Of a DNA stretch of 64,000 nt, positions 39,473 to 49,510 are shown piece by piece. Positions within the stretch are counted from its first letter, which is position 1, and every line of letters starts with the position of its first letter. The DNA is from Bacteroidales bacterium (GTDB lineage Bacteria; Bacteroidota; Bacteroidia; Bacteroidales; UBA1556), in assembly GCA_023146135.1 (NCBI GenBank), contig JAGLCR010000019.1, positions 7,529 through 71,528 of the forward strand, read 5' to 3'. The position numbers and the translations under genes are program-made. Below the pieces are notes generated by a model that made no database searches, was not told the origin of the DNA, and saw only the letters and a program-made list of their open reading frames with translations.

Positions 39473-42295
39473 ATGAAGATATTTACCCTTATCATATTTG
39501 TTTATTTTAGTAGCCTCGCTACACTTAATGCACAATTTTACGAAACAGGACAAGACCCTGCTAGTATCCATTGGAAGCAAATTAAAACTGAATACTTCAG
39601 CTTAGTATATCCAGATTATGCTGAAAAACAAGCTCAACATTTTGCCAATAAACTATTATGGGCTGCCCAACAAGTTCCAAAAGGCCTAAATCATCAGCCC
39701 AAACGTATTGATATTATAATGCATATGGAAGCATCAACCTCCAATGCTATGGTAGTATGGGCACCCAAACGAATGGAGGCATATAGCACACCTCCACAAT
39801 CGAGCTATGGTGAAGATTGGTGGGAACAAATAGCTTTACACGAGTTTAGGCATGTTGTACAAGTGAGTAAAATGCGTCAAGGTTTTACAAAAGTACTGTC
39901 ATACGTTTTTGGTGAAGCCGCAACTGGAGGTGTCTTGGGGGCTTATATTCCGATGTGGTTTTTGGAAGGTGATGCAGTAGCTACCGAAACAGCTTTAAGT
40001 GAAACAGGACGAGGGCGTGACCCTGATTTTAGCATGCTTCTAAAAGCACAAATTTTGAAATATGGTAAGTATTCGTACGATAAAGCATATAATGGTTCTT
40101 ATAAAAACTATGTGCCAGATCATTATGTTTTAGGCTATCATTTAACCACAATCGCTCAACAAAAATATGGTAAGGATTTTTGGTCAAAGACGCTTAACTA
40201 TTCGGCTCGAAACCCATATATGGTAGTTCCTTTTTCTCATGCTATAAAAAAGCAAAGCGGCTTAAACAAAGTTCATTTTTACAGTGATATTATGTCTGAT
40301 TTGGACAGTGTATGGACAGCCAACCAGAAAGAACTAAAACTATCAAACTACGATACACTAAGCTTTAACAACACACACAATTTTCGCAACTTCCTATTTC
40401 CCAATAAAATAAATAATAATACTGTTATTTGCTTATTGAGTGGCATTGATGATATCAGTCGAATAATAAGTATTAATATTAATACTGGAAAAATAAAAAT
40501 CCTATATACCCCTGGCTACGGTAATATTGATAATTTAAGTGTGGCAGATGGTCTAGTTGTTTGGAATGAGCGAACGTATAATCCACGCTGGCAGCATCGC
40601 AAGTTTATGGTAGTAAAAAGCTACAATTTAATAACTAAAAAAGTAAAACAGCTTAGTCACAAAAGCCAATATTTTTTTCCAAGCATAGATAAAAAAGGCA
40701 AATATATTGTTGTAGGCGATACATATGCTCAAAACGGATATTGCTTAAATATAATTTCCGCAAAAGATGAAAATTTTAAATCTGTCATAATCCCTAAGTA
40801 CTTTTGTAGGCAAAGTAGATTTAGCGAAGACTCTAAATCCATTATCACCATTGAGATTGGCCCAAAGGGAAACAGTGTTTTGCAATATTTTCTCAACGAT
40901 ACAAACGATTATAAAGTATTGCTACCTCCTACTTTCGAAAACATTTCTAATCCTGTATTAAAAGGTGATACTTTGCTTTTTGTGAGCAGCAAAAGTGGTA
41001 TTTCAAATATCCACGCCCTCATTCTTAGTACAAATACCGAATATCAAATCACATCCGTACCTTATGGAATTGGCAGTTTCAATATTACAGATGATAATAA
41101 ATTGATTTTCAACTCATACTCCTCACAGGGTTACCACCTCGCCAAGCAGAAAATAGAATTAAACCAATTAGCCAAAGAACATAAAAAAGATGATTTTTAT
41201 AAATCATATTTAAGTAGTGACAAATCAAATATCCAATTGTATCCACCAAAAGATAGCATTTTTGCACAAACAAAATATCGTAAATTCCCACATTTGTTTA
41301 ATATCCATTCGTGGGCACCTGTTGGTTTGAATATTGATAATATTGAAGCAAACCCGGGTTTTACCATCGCTTCTCAAAATCTATTAAGCTCCATGGTATC
41401 CACCTTTGGCTATGAGTATAGAATGAACGAGCAAACGAGTCGCTACTATGCAAATTTCAGTTATAAAGGTTGGTATCCAATTATTGATTTTGATGTAGAA
41501 TATGAAGATCGAGCTAAAAATATAAAGCATCCTGATGGCCAAAAAGAGCGATTTACTTATAATTCCACAAATATTGGAATTAATATTATTCAACCACTCA
41601 ACTTTACAAGAGGCAAGTATTCCAATTATATTCAGCCTTCTGTAGGAATTTACACACAAATATTAGGGTCAAACCCTTCAACACCCAACTATTTTCCAAG
41701 TGGTAAAGCATATCATACTAGTCGTTACCGTCTGTATATGCATCATAAACTCAAAAAAGGAATTCGCGATATTGAAACTCGTTGGGGACAAAGTATAGAT
41801 ATCAATGTACGTGACACACCATTTGATCAATTACAACGTTCGCTTCTTATCTCTGCAGCTGCACGCCTCTATTTTCCAGGCTTTATGAAACATCACACTA
41901 CAAGGCTTTACCTTGCTGCACAAATAAAAGACAGCTATAGTTTTACTTTTAGCGACCTTATTTTATTCCCTAGAGGATATTCAGATATATACAGCGACGA
42001 GTATTTCAGCTTCCGTTTTGATTATATTTTTCCCATTTTTTATCCTGATTATAGTTTGGGTTCTTTGGCATACTTTAAGCGTCTAAAGGGAGCTTTTTTC
42101 TTCGACTATGGTATTGGATCATCCTCATACAATATGCACCACCAAAATATTGAAAACAAATCATTTGGAATTGACTTAACCACCGACTTGCACTTTCTCC
42201 GCCATATGGCACCATTTGAAATTGGAATTAGAAGTGCATACCTGCCCATGGAAGCTGATTTTTACTTTCAATTTCTTTTTAGTTTAGGTTTGTAA
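39473..42295 (+). CDS. Outer-membrane protein: gluzincin metallopeptidase-like domain, beta-propeller and C-terminal beta-barrel
   Basis: Signal peptide from ATG 39473; HEFRH plus PMWFLEGDAV; TolB/WD40-like central repeats; amphipathic C-terminal strands FFDYG..FQFLFSLGL. Confidence 0.78.
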   Translation: MKIFTLIIFVYFSSLATLNAQFYETGQDPASIHWKQIKTEYFSLVYPDYAEKQAQHFANKLLWAAQQVPKGLNHQPKRIDIIMHMEASTSNAMVVWAPKRMEAYSTPPQSSYGEDWWEQIALHEFRHVVQVSKMRQGFTKVLSYVFGEAATGGVLGAYIPMWFLEGDAVATETALSETGRGRDPDFSMLLKAQILKYGKYSYDKAYNGSYKNYVPDHYVLGYHLTTIAQQKYGKDFWSKTLNYSARNPYMVVPFSHAIKKQSGLNKVHFYSDIMSDLDSVWTANQKELKLSNYDTLSFNNTHNFRNFLFPNKINNNTVICLLSGIDDISRIISININTGKIKILYTPGYGNIDNLSVADGLVVWNERTYNPRWQHRKFMVVKSYNLITKKVKQLSHKSQYFFPSIDKKGKYIVVGDTYAQNGYCLNIISAKDENFKSVIIPKYFCRQSRFSEDSKSIITIEIGPKGNSVLQYFLNDTNDYKVLLPPTFENISNPVLKGDTLLFVSSKSGISNIHALILSTNTEYQITSVPYGIGSFNITDDNKLIFNSYSSQGYHLAKQKIELNQLAKEHKKDDFYKSYLSSDKSNIQLYPPKDSIFAQTKYRKFPHLFNIHSWAPVGLNIDNIEANPGFTIASQNLLSSMVSTFGYEYRMNEQTSRYYANFSYKGWYPIIDFDVEYEDRAKNIKHPDGQKERFTYNSTNIGINIIQPLNFTRGKYSNYIQPSVGIYTQILGSNPSTPNYFPSGKAYHTSRYRLYMHHKLKKGIRDIETRWGQSIDINVRDTPFDQLQRSLLISAAARLYFPGFMKHHTTRLYLAAQIKDSYSFTFSDLILFPRGYSDIYSDEYFSFRFDYIFPIFYPDYSLGSLAYFKRLKGAFFFDYGIGSSSYNMHHQNIENKSFGIDLTTDLHFLRHMAPFEIGIRSAYLPMEADFYFQFLFSLGL

Positions 42296-42349
42296 TTTAC
42301 GTTAATATCTTTTTAATAAAATACTCTGTATAATTGACTAAATAAATAC

Positions 42350-42357
42350 TACTTTTG
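42350..42357 (+). promoter_or_regulatory. -7 box (TACTTTTG) for trxA
   Basis: TAnnTTTG consensus. Confidence 0.55.
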
Positions 42358-42412
42358 CACTGCTCTAAGTGAGTAATTGATTTGACTATAAACACTTAAA
42401 TAATAATATATT

Positions 42413-42730
42413 ATGACATTAGAATTAACCGATGCTAATTTTGAAGAATTAGTACTTAAATCAGACAAACCCGTATTAGTTGACCTATGGGCTGAGTGGT
42501 GTGGACCATGTCGCATGGTAGGGCCTGTTGTTGAAGAATTGGCAAATGACTATGATGGTCGTGCTGTATGTGGAAAAATTGATGTGGATTCAAATCCAAA
42601 CGTAACTGTAGAATATGGAGTACGCAATATCCCAACATTATTATTCTTCAAAAATGGCGAATTAGTTGACAAGCAAGTAGGTGCTGTACCAAAAGCGGTA
42701 CTAGCAGCAAAATTAGATGCACTAGTATAA
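42413..42730 (+). CDS. trxA: Thioredoxin
   Basis: WCGPC active site, IPTLL cis-Pro, 105 aa. Confidence 0.97.
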   Translation: MTLELTDANFEELVLKSDKPVLVDLWAEWCGPCRMVGPVVEELANDYDGRAVCGKIDVDSNPNVTVEYGVRNIPTLLFFKNGELVDKQVGAVPKAVLAAKLDALV

Positions 42731-42756
42731 TTGCAAGCTTAAAAAAATGTATTTTT

Positions 42757-42794
42757 ATGCCACTTTATTTCAAGAAATAAAGTGGCATTTTTTT
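42757..42794 (+). terminator. Intrinsic terminator after trxA
   Basis: ATGCCACTTTATTT-CAAG-AAATAAAGTGGCAT stem followed by a T-run. Confidence 0.82.
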
Positions 42795-42816
42795 ATGGAT
42801 TAATCCAATTTACCAA

Positions 42817-43755
42817 ATGAGTAATAATCAAATCAATCGAAACCAACTTCAAGCTTTTGGAAAATTAGAGCTAATAGCTCGCCAAGTGGTAGAGGGGTTT
42901 ATCACGGGACTACACAAAAGCCCTTTTCATGGCTTTTCGGTTGAATTTGCTGAGCATCGACTTTACAACTCAGGTGAATCAACACGCCATATCGATTGGA
43001 AACTTTATGGTAAAACAGATAAACTGTTTGTGAAACGCTATGAAGAAGAAACCAACCTACGATGTCAAATCGTGATTGACACTTCCAGTAGCATGTACTT
43101 TCCTTTTCCAAAAACACCAAGTTTGGAAACTCCTAATAAAATGGTATTTTCTGTTTATGCTGCCGCAGCCCTTATCGAAATGCTTAAAAAACAGCGCGAC
43201 GCTTATGGACTAAGCTTATTTGATGAGGAGATTCAATTACAAACACCTACCCGAAGCAATGTGGCGCATCAGCATTTGGTTTACGACAAATTGGAGAACC
43301 TGCTAGAGGCTCCACCCCCAAACCAAAAACATTCTACCCATCTAGGAAAAGCATTACATCAAATTGCTGAAAGCATTCATAAACGCTCACTTATTGTGAT
43401 TTTTAGTGACATGTTTGAGGATATTGAAAATACTGATGAGCTGTTTTCGGCTCTACAACACTTAAAGCATAATAAACATGAGGTAATACTATTTCATACA
43501 GTAGATAAAGAAACAGAGCTAGATTTTGATTATCAAAATAGACCCTACCAATTTATTGATGCCGAAAGTGGTGAAGTGTTAAAACTAAATCCTAAAGATG
43601 TTAAAGAACAGTATGTAAAACAGATAAAGAGTTTCAAAAATGAATTGAAGTTGCGATGTGGGCAATTCAAAATCGACTTTATTGAAGCCGATATTAATGC
43701 AGGATTTGAAGCTGTTTTGATGAATTATATAGTGAAGCGGGCTAAGCTGGGATAA
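42817..43755 (+). CDS. DUF58 (vWA-like, MoxR-associated family) protein
   Basis: GLHKSPFHGFSVEFAEHRLY, IDWK, KRYEEETN, DTSSSM MIDAS-like motif. Confidence 0.92.
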   Translation: MSNNQINRNQLQAFGKLELIARQVVEGFITGLHKSPFHGFSVEFAEHRLYNSGESTRHIDWKLYGKTDKLFVKRYEEETNLRCQIVIDTSSSMYFPFPKTPSLETPNKMVFSVYAAAALIEMLKKQRDAYGLSLFDEEIQLQTPTRSNVAHQHLVYDKLENLLEAPPPNQKHSTHLGKALHQIAESIHKRSLIVIFSDMFEDIENTDELFSALQHLKHNKHEVILFHTVDKETELDFDYQNRPYQFIDAESGEVLKLNPKDVKEQYVKQIKSFKNELKLRCGQFKIDFIEADINAGFEAVLMNYIVKRAKLG

Positions 43756-43840
43756 TAAGTGACTTTCTCTCCTTACTTAGATCAAGAATAATTGAATACG
43801 ATATTGAATTAATGCTTCAATGATTGTAGGGATATTCATA

Positions 43841-44908
43841 TTAGCGAATATTCAAAAGATAATAATCCAAAATAACCATAGCAGCCATTGCCTCAACTAT
43901 GGGAACCGCTCTGGGAACTACACATACATCGTGACGACCTGTGGCCTTGAGCTTTACGGGTTCTAAATTACGCTTAAGGGTTTCTTGTTCACGGCCAATG
44001 GTTGCTACGGGTTTAAATGCCACATTAAAGTAGATATTCTCTCCATTGGAAATTCCGCCCTGAATTCCGCCTGACAAATTGGTTTTGGTGCGCAGCGCGC
44101 CATCAACCACTTCAAATTCATCATTATTAATAGAACCACGAAGCTGTGCTCCAACAAAACCACTACCATACTCAAATCCTTGCGCCGCAGGAATACTCAA
44201 CATGGCTTTGGCCAGTTCGGCTTGCAGCTTATCAAAAACAGGTTCTCCAATACCCGCCGGCACACCTTCTATTTCACAATGTATCAGTCCGCCCAAACTA
44301 TCCTGGGCTTTTCGAGCATTCTCCAACTCTTTTAGCATTTCTGCTTCAGCAAATTTATCAGGACAACGAATTTCACTGGCTTCAATTTCTTCATAAGAAG
44401 GAATGCTTAAATCCATGGCACTAACTTCACCAATTTGCCGTACCCATGCAGTAAATGTAATTCCTTTGCTTGCCAGCCACTGCTTTGCAAAAGCACCAGC
44501 CACTACCCTACTCAATGTCTCTCGTGCCGAAGCTCTGCCTCCACCTCGATAGTCACGATGCGAATATTTAGCTTCCCAAGTATAATCTGCATGAGAGGGA
44601 CGATAAACATCTTTTAGGTCATCGTAATCTTTTGATTGAGCATCCTTATTCTTCACCTGAAAAGCAATGGGTGTCCCTAGTGTTTTACCCTCAAATATAC
44701 CAGAAATAAACTCCAGTTTATCCAACTCATTACGTTTCGAGCTGTAGTTGCCACTATTCGTTTTTCTGCGATCAACTTCCTGTTGAATAGCTTGTATATC
44801 TATTTTGAAATTACTTGGAAAACCATCAATAATGCCACCGACAGAATCCCCATGTGATTCGCCAAAACTTGTTAATCTAAAAATACGTCCAAAAGTGTTT
44901 GCTGACAT
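43841..44908 (-). CDS. aroC: Chorismate synthase
   Basis: FGESHG, RPSHAD, RGGGRASARET, GGIQGGISNG, GRHDVCVVPRA. Confidence 0.97.
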   Translation of the reverse strand: MSANTFGRIFRLTSFGESHGDSVGGIIDGFPSNFKIDIQAIQQEVDRRKTNSGNYSSKRNELDKLEFISGIFEGKTLGTPIAFQVKNKDAQSKDYDDLKDVYRPSHADYTWEAKYSHRDYRGGGRASARETLSRVVAGAFAKQWLASKGITFTAWVRQIGEVSAMDLSIPSYEEIEASEIRCPDKFAEAEMLKELENARKAQDSLGGLIHCEIEGVPAGIGEPVFDKLQAELAKAMLSIPAAQGFEYGSGFVGAQLRGSINNDEFEVVDGALRTKTNLSGGIQGGISNGENIYFNVAFKPVATIGREQETLKRNLEPVKLKATGRHDVCVVPRAVPIVEAMAAMVILDYYLLNIR

Positions 44909-44990
44909 AGAGAATACCTTATTAATTATGATTCACGAAAATATTAATAATTCATACAAGTTTTATAAAAACTATTCGATTTACCAATGC

Positions 44991-45024
44991 AAAAAAGCCA
45001 CAAAATAACGATTGGCGGCCTTTT
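44991..45024 (-). terminator. Probable intrinsic terminator after the T9SS cargo gene
   Basis: - strand AAGGCCGC-loop-GTGGCTTT followed by a T-run. Confidence 0.55.
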
Positions 45025-45052
45025 CACTGGAGTAAATAAATCAGAGACACTT

Positions 45053-46540
45053 CTATTTCTCTATTAGAATTTTATATTTTAAGAGTTGTTCATTTTGAAT
45101 AAGATTCAAATAATAAACTCCATTCGGCAAATGAATTAGATTAAGCTTATGTACTTTATGTATATTAGGTAATCTCCAAACTTGAGTAAATACTTCCTTT
45201 CCCTCCACATTGTATATATGTAGATAACAATCACTTTCCGAAGCTGTTGAATAACTAATCTCGAATATTCCTGAAGAAGGATTGGGGTAAAGTCTCAGTG
45301 CTGTATTTTTATTATTATCCTCAATTCCCACACCAGATGTAACAGTTATACAATAAGCAAAGCTTTGCATACCCATATACGGACATGCCTCGTCGCTAAT
45401 AGTAGCTACAAAACAATGAGGTGAACTTGCCACATCGGCAAAAGTTGGCTGCCATTGAAAATGAGCATAGGCTGAATCTGTTCCATTAAAATGAGGAGTA
45501 AAAGTTGCAGAAGGAATTCCATTATTCCAGATAATTGAAAACGCCTCTGGATGCACATTACAGCCGGGTATTGCCGTATCAGCATCATATCCATTGATAT
45601 CAAAATCAATCAATTTACCAATTGGCCAATCCATATTAAAAATACTATCATTTGGATTGTATGTATGTGTGTTTAATGTATCTATACCCGACAAAACTGG
45701 AATGCTATTGGGGCAACTCATTATCCGAAATTGGATGTTTCGTTTCGTTGTGCCAATTAAAGTGGGAATCCCATTTATCGTCCTATATTCTTTAACCAAA
45801 ATACCCGTTATGGATGACATCATCGAATCTGGGACAAAACAGATATCACCTGTGATAGAATCCAAAGTTATTGGTGTTGAAGAGGAAAGAAAGTTTGATG
45901 TTGACCAAGGATAAAGATATGAAACCGCTGTGCCATCATTTTTGCGCGGAGCATCAAAAGAAAATGATAAGGAGTCGCCATCAGCTTCAAGAGCTCCATG
46001 ATTGAGACAAAAGCTCTTCCCTTTGCAAGGAATAACAATCGGTTTATCGGAAAATATTGGTCCACTATTACAAGGGGTAATAAGATTATTGAAACTCGTT
46101 TCTACCATAAAAGAATTTGAAGAGCCTCCTTGAACTGAAGACACCGTATTTCTGCAACATCCACTCACTTTAATTTTCCACATATCGCATGGAAGCAGAA
46201 TTAACACCTTTTGATAAACAAATTCTCGAACGCCAAAACTCGTTCCTCCCAGGCATGTTGTTGTATCACACCCACAAAATGGTGTTACATCCTGGCCTGT
46301 AAATGATATTTGATGTAAATAAACTTGAGAATTCATTGATGAATTCGAAGAGCATTCAACACTAAGCATTTGGCTGTCTGGAACTAGAGTATCATTACAG
46401 TCTTGGTAAAGCGAATAAGTGATTACATAAGTATTTCCACCAATACAAGAATAAGTAAGGTCGGCACCCACAAAAGAAATAGCATTTGAGTGTATAGAAT
46501 TAATTAAAAAAAGTGCTAAGAAGAATATATACTTTTTCAT
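45053..46540 (-). CDS. Cys-rich secreted protein with T9SS type A sorting domain
   Basis: Start set to MKKYIFF (signal peptide); GADLTYSC, CCRN and DGDSL motifs; C-terminal LYPNPS..IYNVEG..NGVYYL. Confidence 0.85.
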   Translation of the reverse strand: MKKYIFFLALFLINSIHSNAISFVGADLTYSCIGGNTYVITYSLYQDCNDTLVPDSQMLSVECSSNSSMNSQVYLHQISFTGQDVTPFCGCDTTTCLGGTSFGVREFVYQKVLILLPCDMWKIKVSGCCRNTVSSVQGGSSNSFMVETSFNNLITPCNSGPIFSDKPIVIPCKGKSFCLNHGALEADGDSLSFSFDAPRKNDGTAVSYLYPWSTSNFLSSSTPITLDSITGDICFVPDSMMSSITGILVKEYRTINGIPTLIGTTKRNIQFRIMSCPNSIPVLSGIDTLNTHTYNPNDSIFNMDWPIGKLIDFDINGYDADTAIPGCNVHPEAFSIIWNNGIPSATFTPHFNGTDSAYAHFQWQPTFADVASSPHCFVATISDEACPYMGMQSFAYCITVTSGVGIEDNNKNTALRLYPNPSSGIFEISYSTASESDCYLHIYNVEGKEVFTQVWRLPNIHKVHKLNLIHLPNGVYYLNLIQNEQLLKYKILIEK

Positions 46541-46635
46541 AATATTGAATTTAAGTGATGCTTGATTGTTTTCTGACAGAATAATTGTAAAAAGGTTTAT
46601 TGAACTAAAAAAAAATAGCACACTAAAAAAAATCG

Positions 46636-46643
46636 TAGTTTTG
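46636..46643 (+). promoter_or_regulatory. -7 box (TAGTTTTG) for panB
   Basis: TAnnTTTG 27 bp before the ATG. Confidence 0.5.
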
Positions 46644-46670
46644 CCATATAATAACCAATAAATCTTTGTC

Positions 46671-47492
46671 ATGTCAAGTGCAAATACGGTAAACAAATCA
46701 AAGGTAACTACGCATGTGTTACAAGAAATGAAATTTAAAGGTGAGAAAATAGCCATGCTTACGGCCTATGATTATAGCTTTGCAAAAATACTTGACACGT
46801 CAGGTATCGACGTAATATTAGTTGGTGATTCAGCCTCCAATGTAATGGCTGGCTTCGACTCCACATTACCTATTACATTAAACGACATGATATACCATGC
46901 TTCATCAGTTGTTCGTGCTGCCACACGACCTTTGATTGTTGTAGATTTACCTTTTGGAACCTATCAAGGGAACTCCAAAGAAGCTCTTTCGAGTGCTATT
47001 CGTATTATGAAAGAAGCGGGTGCCAATGCGGTGAAGATTGAGGGCGGTAGAGAAGTATTGGAATCGGTAAAACGTATTATATCTGCTGGAATTCCTGTTA
47101 TGGGACATCTTGGACTAACACCACAATCGATTCATAAATTTGGAACTTATGTTGTGAGAGCCAAGGATAAAGTAGAAGCAGATCGTTTACGTGAAGATGC
47201 AGAACTACTTCAAGAAGCAGGTTGTTTTTCAATAATTTTAGAAAAAATACCAGCTAAACTTGCAGGCGAAGTTACCAATAGCCTTAGAATCCCTGTAATT
47301 GGTATTGGTGCAGGTGGCTTAGTTGATGGTCAAGTACTTGTATTGCATGACATGCTAGGAATTACTCAGGATTTTTCTCCTCGATTCCTTCGCCGATATC
47401 ATAACTTGAAAGAAGAGATTATGGGATCAGTTCAAGCTTATATTGATGATGTAAAGTCCAAGGACTTTCCCAATGAACGGGAACAGTATTAA
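46671..47492 (+). CDS. panB: 3-methyl-2-oxobutanoate hydroxymethyltransferase
   Basis: [39 protein letters not shown]. Confidence 0.97.
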   Translation: MSSANTVNKSKVTTHVLQEMKFKGEKIAMLTAYDYSFAKILDTSGIDVILVGDSASNVMAGFDSTLPITLNDMIYHASSVVRAATRPLIVVDLPFGTYQGNSKEALSSAIRIMKEAGANAVKIEGGREVLESVKRIISAGIPVMGHLGLTPQSIHKFGTYVVRAKDKVEADRLREDAELLQEAGCFSIILEKIPAKLAGEVTNSLRIPVIGIGAGGLVDGQVLVLHDMLGITQDFSPRFLRRYHNLKEEIMGSVQAYIDDVKSKDFPNEREQY

Positions 47493-47635
47493 TTGCCCTT
47501 CGATAAGCTTAAAAGCCGAGAAAAAAGTTTTTGATTAAGTAAGACTGAATGATTTTGAATTTTCTCCATTTCATTTCGAAACTTCAAAATTGTGCCAAAG
47601 TATGACATCTAAAATATACAAAATAATAAAAAGCA

Positions 47636-48328
47636 TTGCGAAATATTAAAAACGACATATTATACGAAGACAACCACATCGTTGTCGTTAATAAAAAACC
47701 CTCGGATATTATACAAGGTGACAAAACTGGAGATATGCCATTGAGCGAAATCACCAAGCTGTATCTAAAAGAAAAATATAATAAACCAGGGAATGTTTTT
47801 TGTGGTGTGGTTCACAGGCTTGACCGACCCGTAAGTGGTGCAGTGATATTTGCACGTACCAGTAAAGCCCTTAGTCGATTGAATGAGATGCTACGCAAGC
47901 ACGAAATTCATAAAAAATATTGGGCTGTAGTGGAACAAAAGCCAAAAAATAAAAATGGTCATTTACTTCACTATCTACGTAAAAACCCCAAGCAGAATAA
48001 AAGTTATGTAGTAAAAGAAGGCACTGAAGGAGCCTTAAAAGCTGAATTAAAATACCAACATATTGCCTCCTCAGATAAATATTACCTTTTGGAAATTGAG
48101 CTACTTACTGGACGTCATCATCAAATACGCGTGCAATTGGCAAATATGGGTTGCATTATCAAGGGAGACTTAAAATACGGAGCTAAAAGAAGTAATAAAG
48201 ATGCCTCTATCCATCTACATGCCCGTTATCTTGATTTTATTCATCCCGTAAAAAAGACCGACCTAAGTATTTTGGCCAATCCTCCTAAAGACCCTATTTG
48301 GGATTATTTTGTAGCAAACCACTTATAA
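47636..48328 (+). CDS. RluA-family pseudouridine synthase (no S4 domain)
   Basis: ILYEDNH..VNK, HRLDRPVSG, LLTGRHHQIR, GDLKYG, LHA; TTG start uncertain. Confidence 0.9.
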   Translation: MRNIKNDILYEDNHIVVVNKKPSDIIQGDKTGDMPLSEITKLYLKEKYNKPGNVFCGVVHRLDRPVSGAVIFARTSKALSRLNEMLRKHEIHKKYWAVVEQKPKNKNGHLLHYLRKNPKQNKSYVVKEGTEGALKAELKYQHIASSDKYYLLEIELLTGRHHQIRVQLANMGCIIKGDLKYGAKRSNKDASIHLHARYLDFIHPVKKTDLSILANPPKDPIWDYFVANHL

Positions 48329-48431
48329 AATAACACATTCAAAAATTGATATATATAAGGTTTTTCAATCTAAATCACAGTTACTTTCTACTTAATTTTG
48401 TAATCTACATAATAGTTAAATATTATCACAG

Positions 48432-49442
48432 ATGAGCAAAATAGATCTTTCAGTTAAGTATATGGGGATTACCCTAAAAAACCCAGTAATAGTTGGTGCA
48501 AATAATATGGTAGGTAATATTGAAAGCCTAAAACAAATGGAAGAAGCTGGTGCTTCAGCTATAGTTTACAAATCATTATTTGAAGAACAGCTTCATATGG
48601 AAAACCTAGAGTATTCTAATTTTATTGATGAATATGTTGCACAAAATTCTGATGAAACTTCCCCCTACCCTGATTTGGATGTATCTGGACCAAAGGAGTA
48701 TTTATTTAAGCTCAAGAAAGCAAAGGAAGTGCTTAATATTCCTTTATTTGCAAGTCTAAATGCAGTTTACGATGTAAGCTGGGTTGATTATGCTAAACAA
48801 ATTGAAGCCATTGGTATTGATGGAATTGAACTTAACTTTTACACTTTACCCAAAGAAATGGAGTCGGCAGAAGTTGATTTTGTAAACTGGCAATTCGATA
48901 TTGTAGAAAAAATTAAGGCGGCAGTAAATATTCCTGTGGCTGTTAAGCTTAGCTCATTTTATAACAATCCTCTAGCTGTAATTAAGCGTATGGATAACCT
49001 TGGCGCTGATGCTTTTGTACTTTTTAACCGCTTTTTCCAACCGGATATTGACCTGGAAAAAGAAGAAATGATTTTCCCTTACAACCTTTCATCTAAAGGT
49101 GATTACGGACTGGCACTACGATTTGCAGGCCTTCTATACAATAGAATTGAAGCCGATGTATGTTCATCAACTGGAGTATTTAATGGTGAAGATGTTGCCA
49201 AACTGATATTGGCTGGAGCTGACACAGTGCAAGTTGTAAGTGTAATGTACAAAGATGGAATAAATAAAATTACAGATATTATGAATGAGTTGAGCGAATT
49301 TATGGCAAAGAAAGGCTATGAAAACCTAGACGATTTTAGAGGCAAATTATCTCAATTGCGCATTGACGACACATTTGCTTATAGTCGTGCGCAATATTTA
49401 GACTTCCTTGTTAACTCTGTATACTTAAATGATAGGGTTTGA
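48432..49442 (+). CDS. Dihydroorotate dehydrogenase-like FMN protein (DHOD_like family)
   Basis: YMGITLKNP, KSLFEEQ, IELN, IPVAVKLS, LFNRFFQPDID, LAGADTVQ. Confidence 0.85.
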   Translation: MSKIDLSVKYMGITLKNPVIVGANNMVGNIESLKQMEEAGASAIVYKSLFEEQLHMENLEYSNFIDEYVAQNSDETSPYPDLDVSGPKEYLFKLKKAKEVLNIPLFASLNAVYDVSWVDYAKQIEAIGIDGIELNFYTLPKEMESAEVDFVNWQFDIVEKIKAAVNIPVAVKLSSFYNNPLAVIKRMDNLGADAFVLFNRFFQPDIDLEKEEMIFPYNLSSKGDYGLALRFAGLLYNRIEADVCSSTGVFNGEDVAKLILAGADTVQVVSVMYKDGINKITDIMNELSEFMAKKGYENLDDFRGKLSQLRIDDTFAYSRAQYLDFLVNSVYLNDRV

Positions 49443-49468
49443 TTTGATGATTTGATGATTTGATGATT
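49441..49468. repeat. 8-bp tandem repeat (GATTTGAT)x3.5
   Basis: GATTTGATGATTTGATGATTTGATGATT overlapping the stop of the DHOD-like gene. Confidence 0.85.
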
Positions 49469-49510
49469 CCTTAACAGTTTAACAAATCACTTGCAAACAA
49501 CTAATTAAAA

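Noticed and set aside
42817-43755. DUF58 gene as part of a MoxR/Bat operon
   Set aside because: No MoxR or vWA partners adjacent; a solitary DUF58 after trxA is a familiar arrangement
46541-46756. Long N-terminal extensions from the ORF track (also for era, pepT, DUF493 and the 39419 ORF)
   Set aside because: Extensions cross promoters or divergent genes; downstream ATGs give canonical N-termini or signal peptides
48346-48359. FNR-like box TTGAT-ATAT-ATAAG upstream of the DHOD-like gene
   Set aside because: Two mismatches in the right half-site in very AT-rich DNA; not distinguishable from chance by eye
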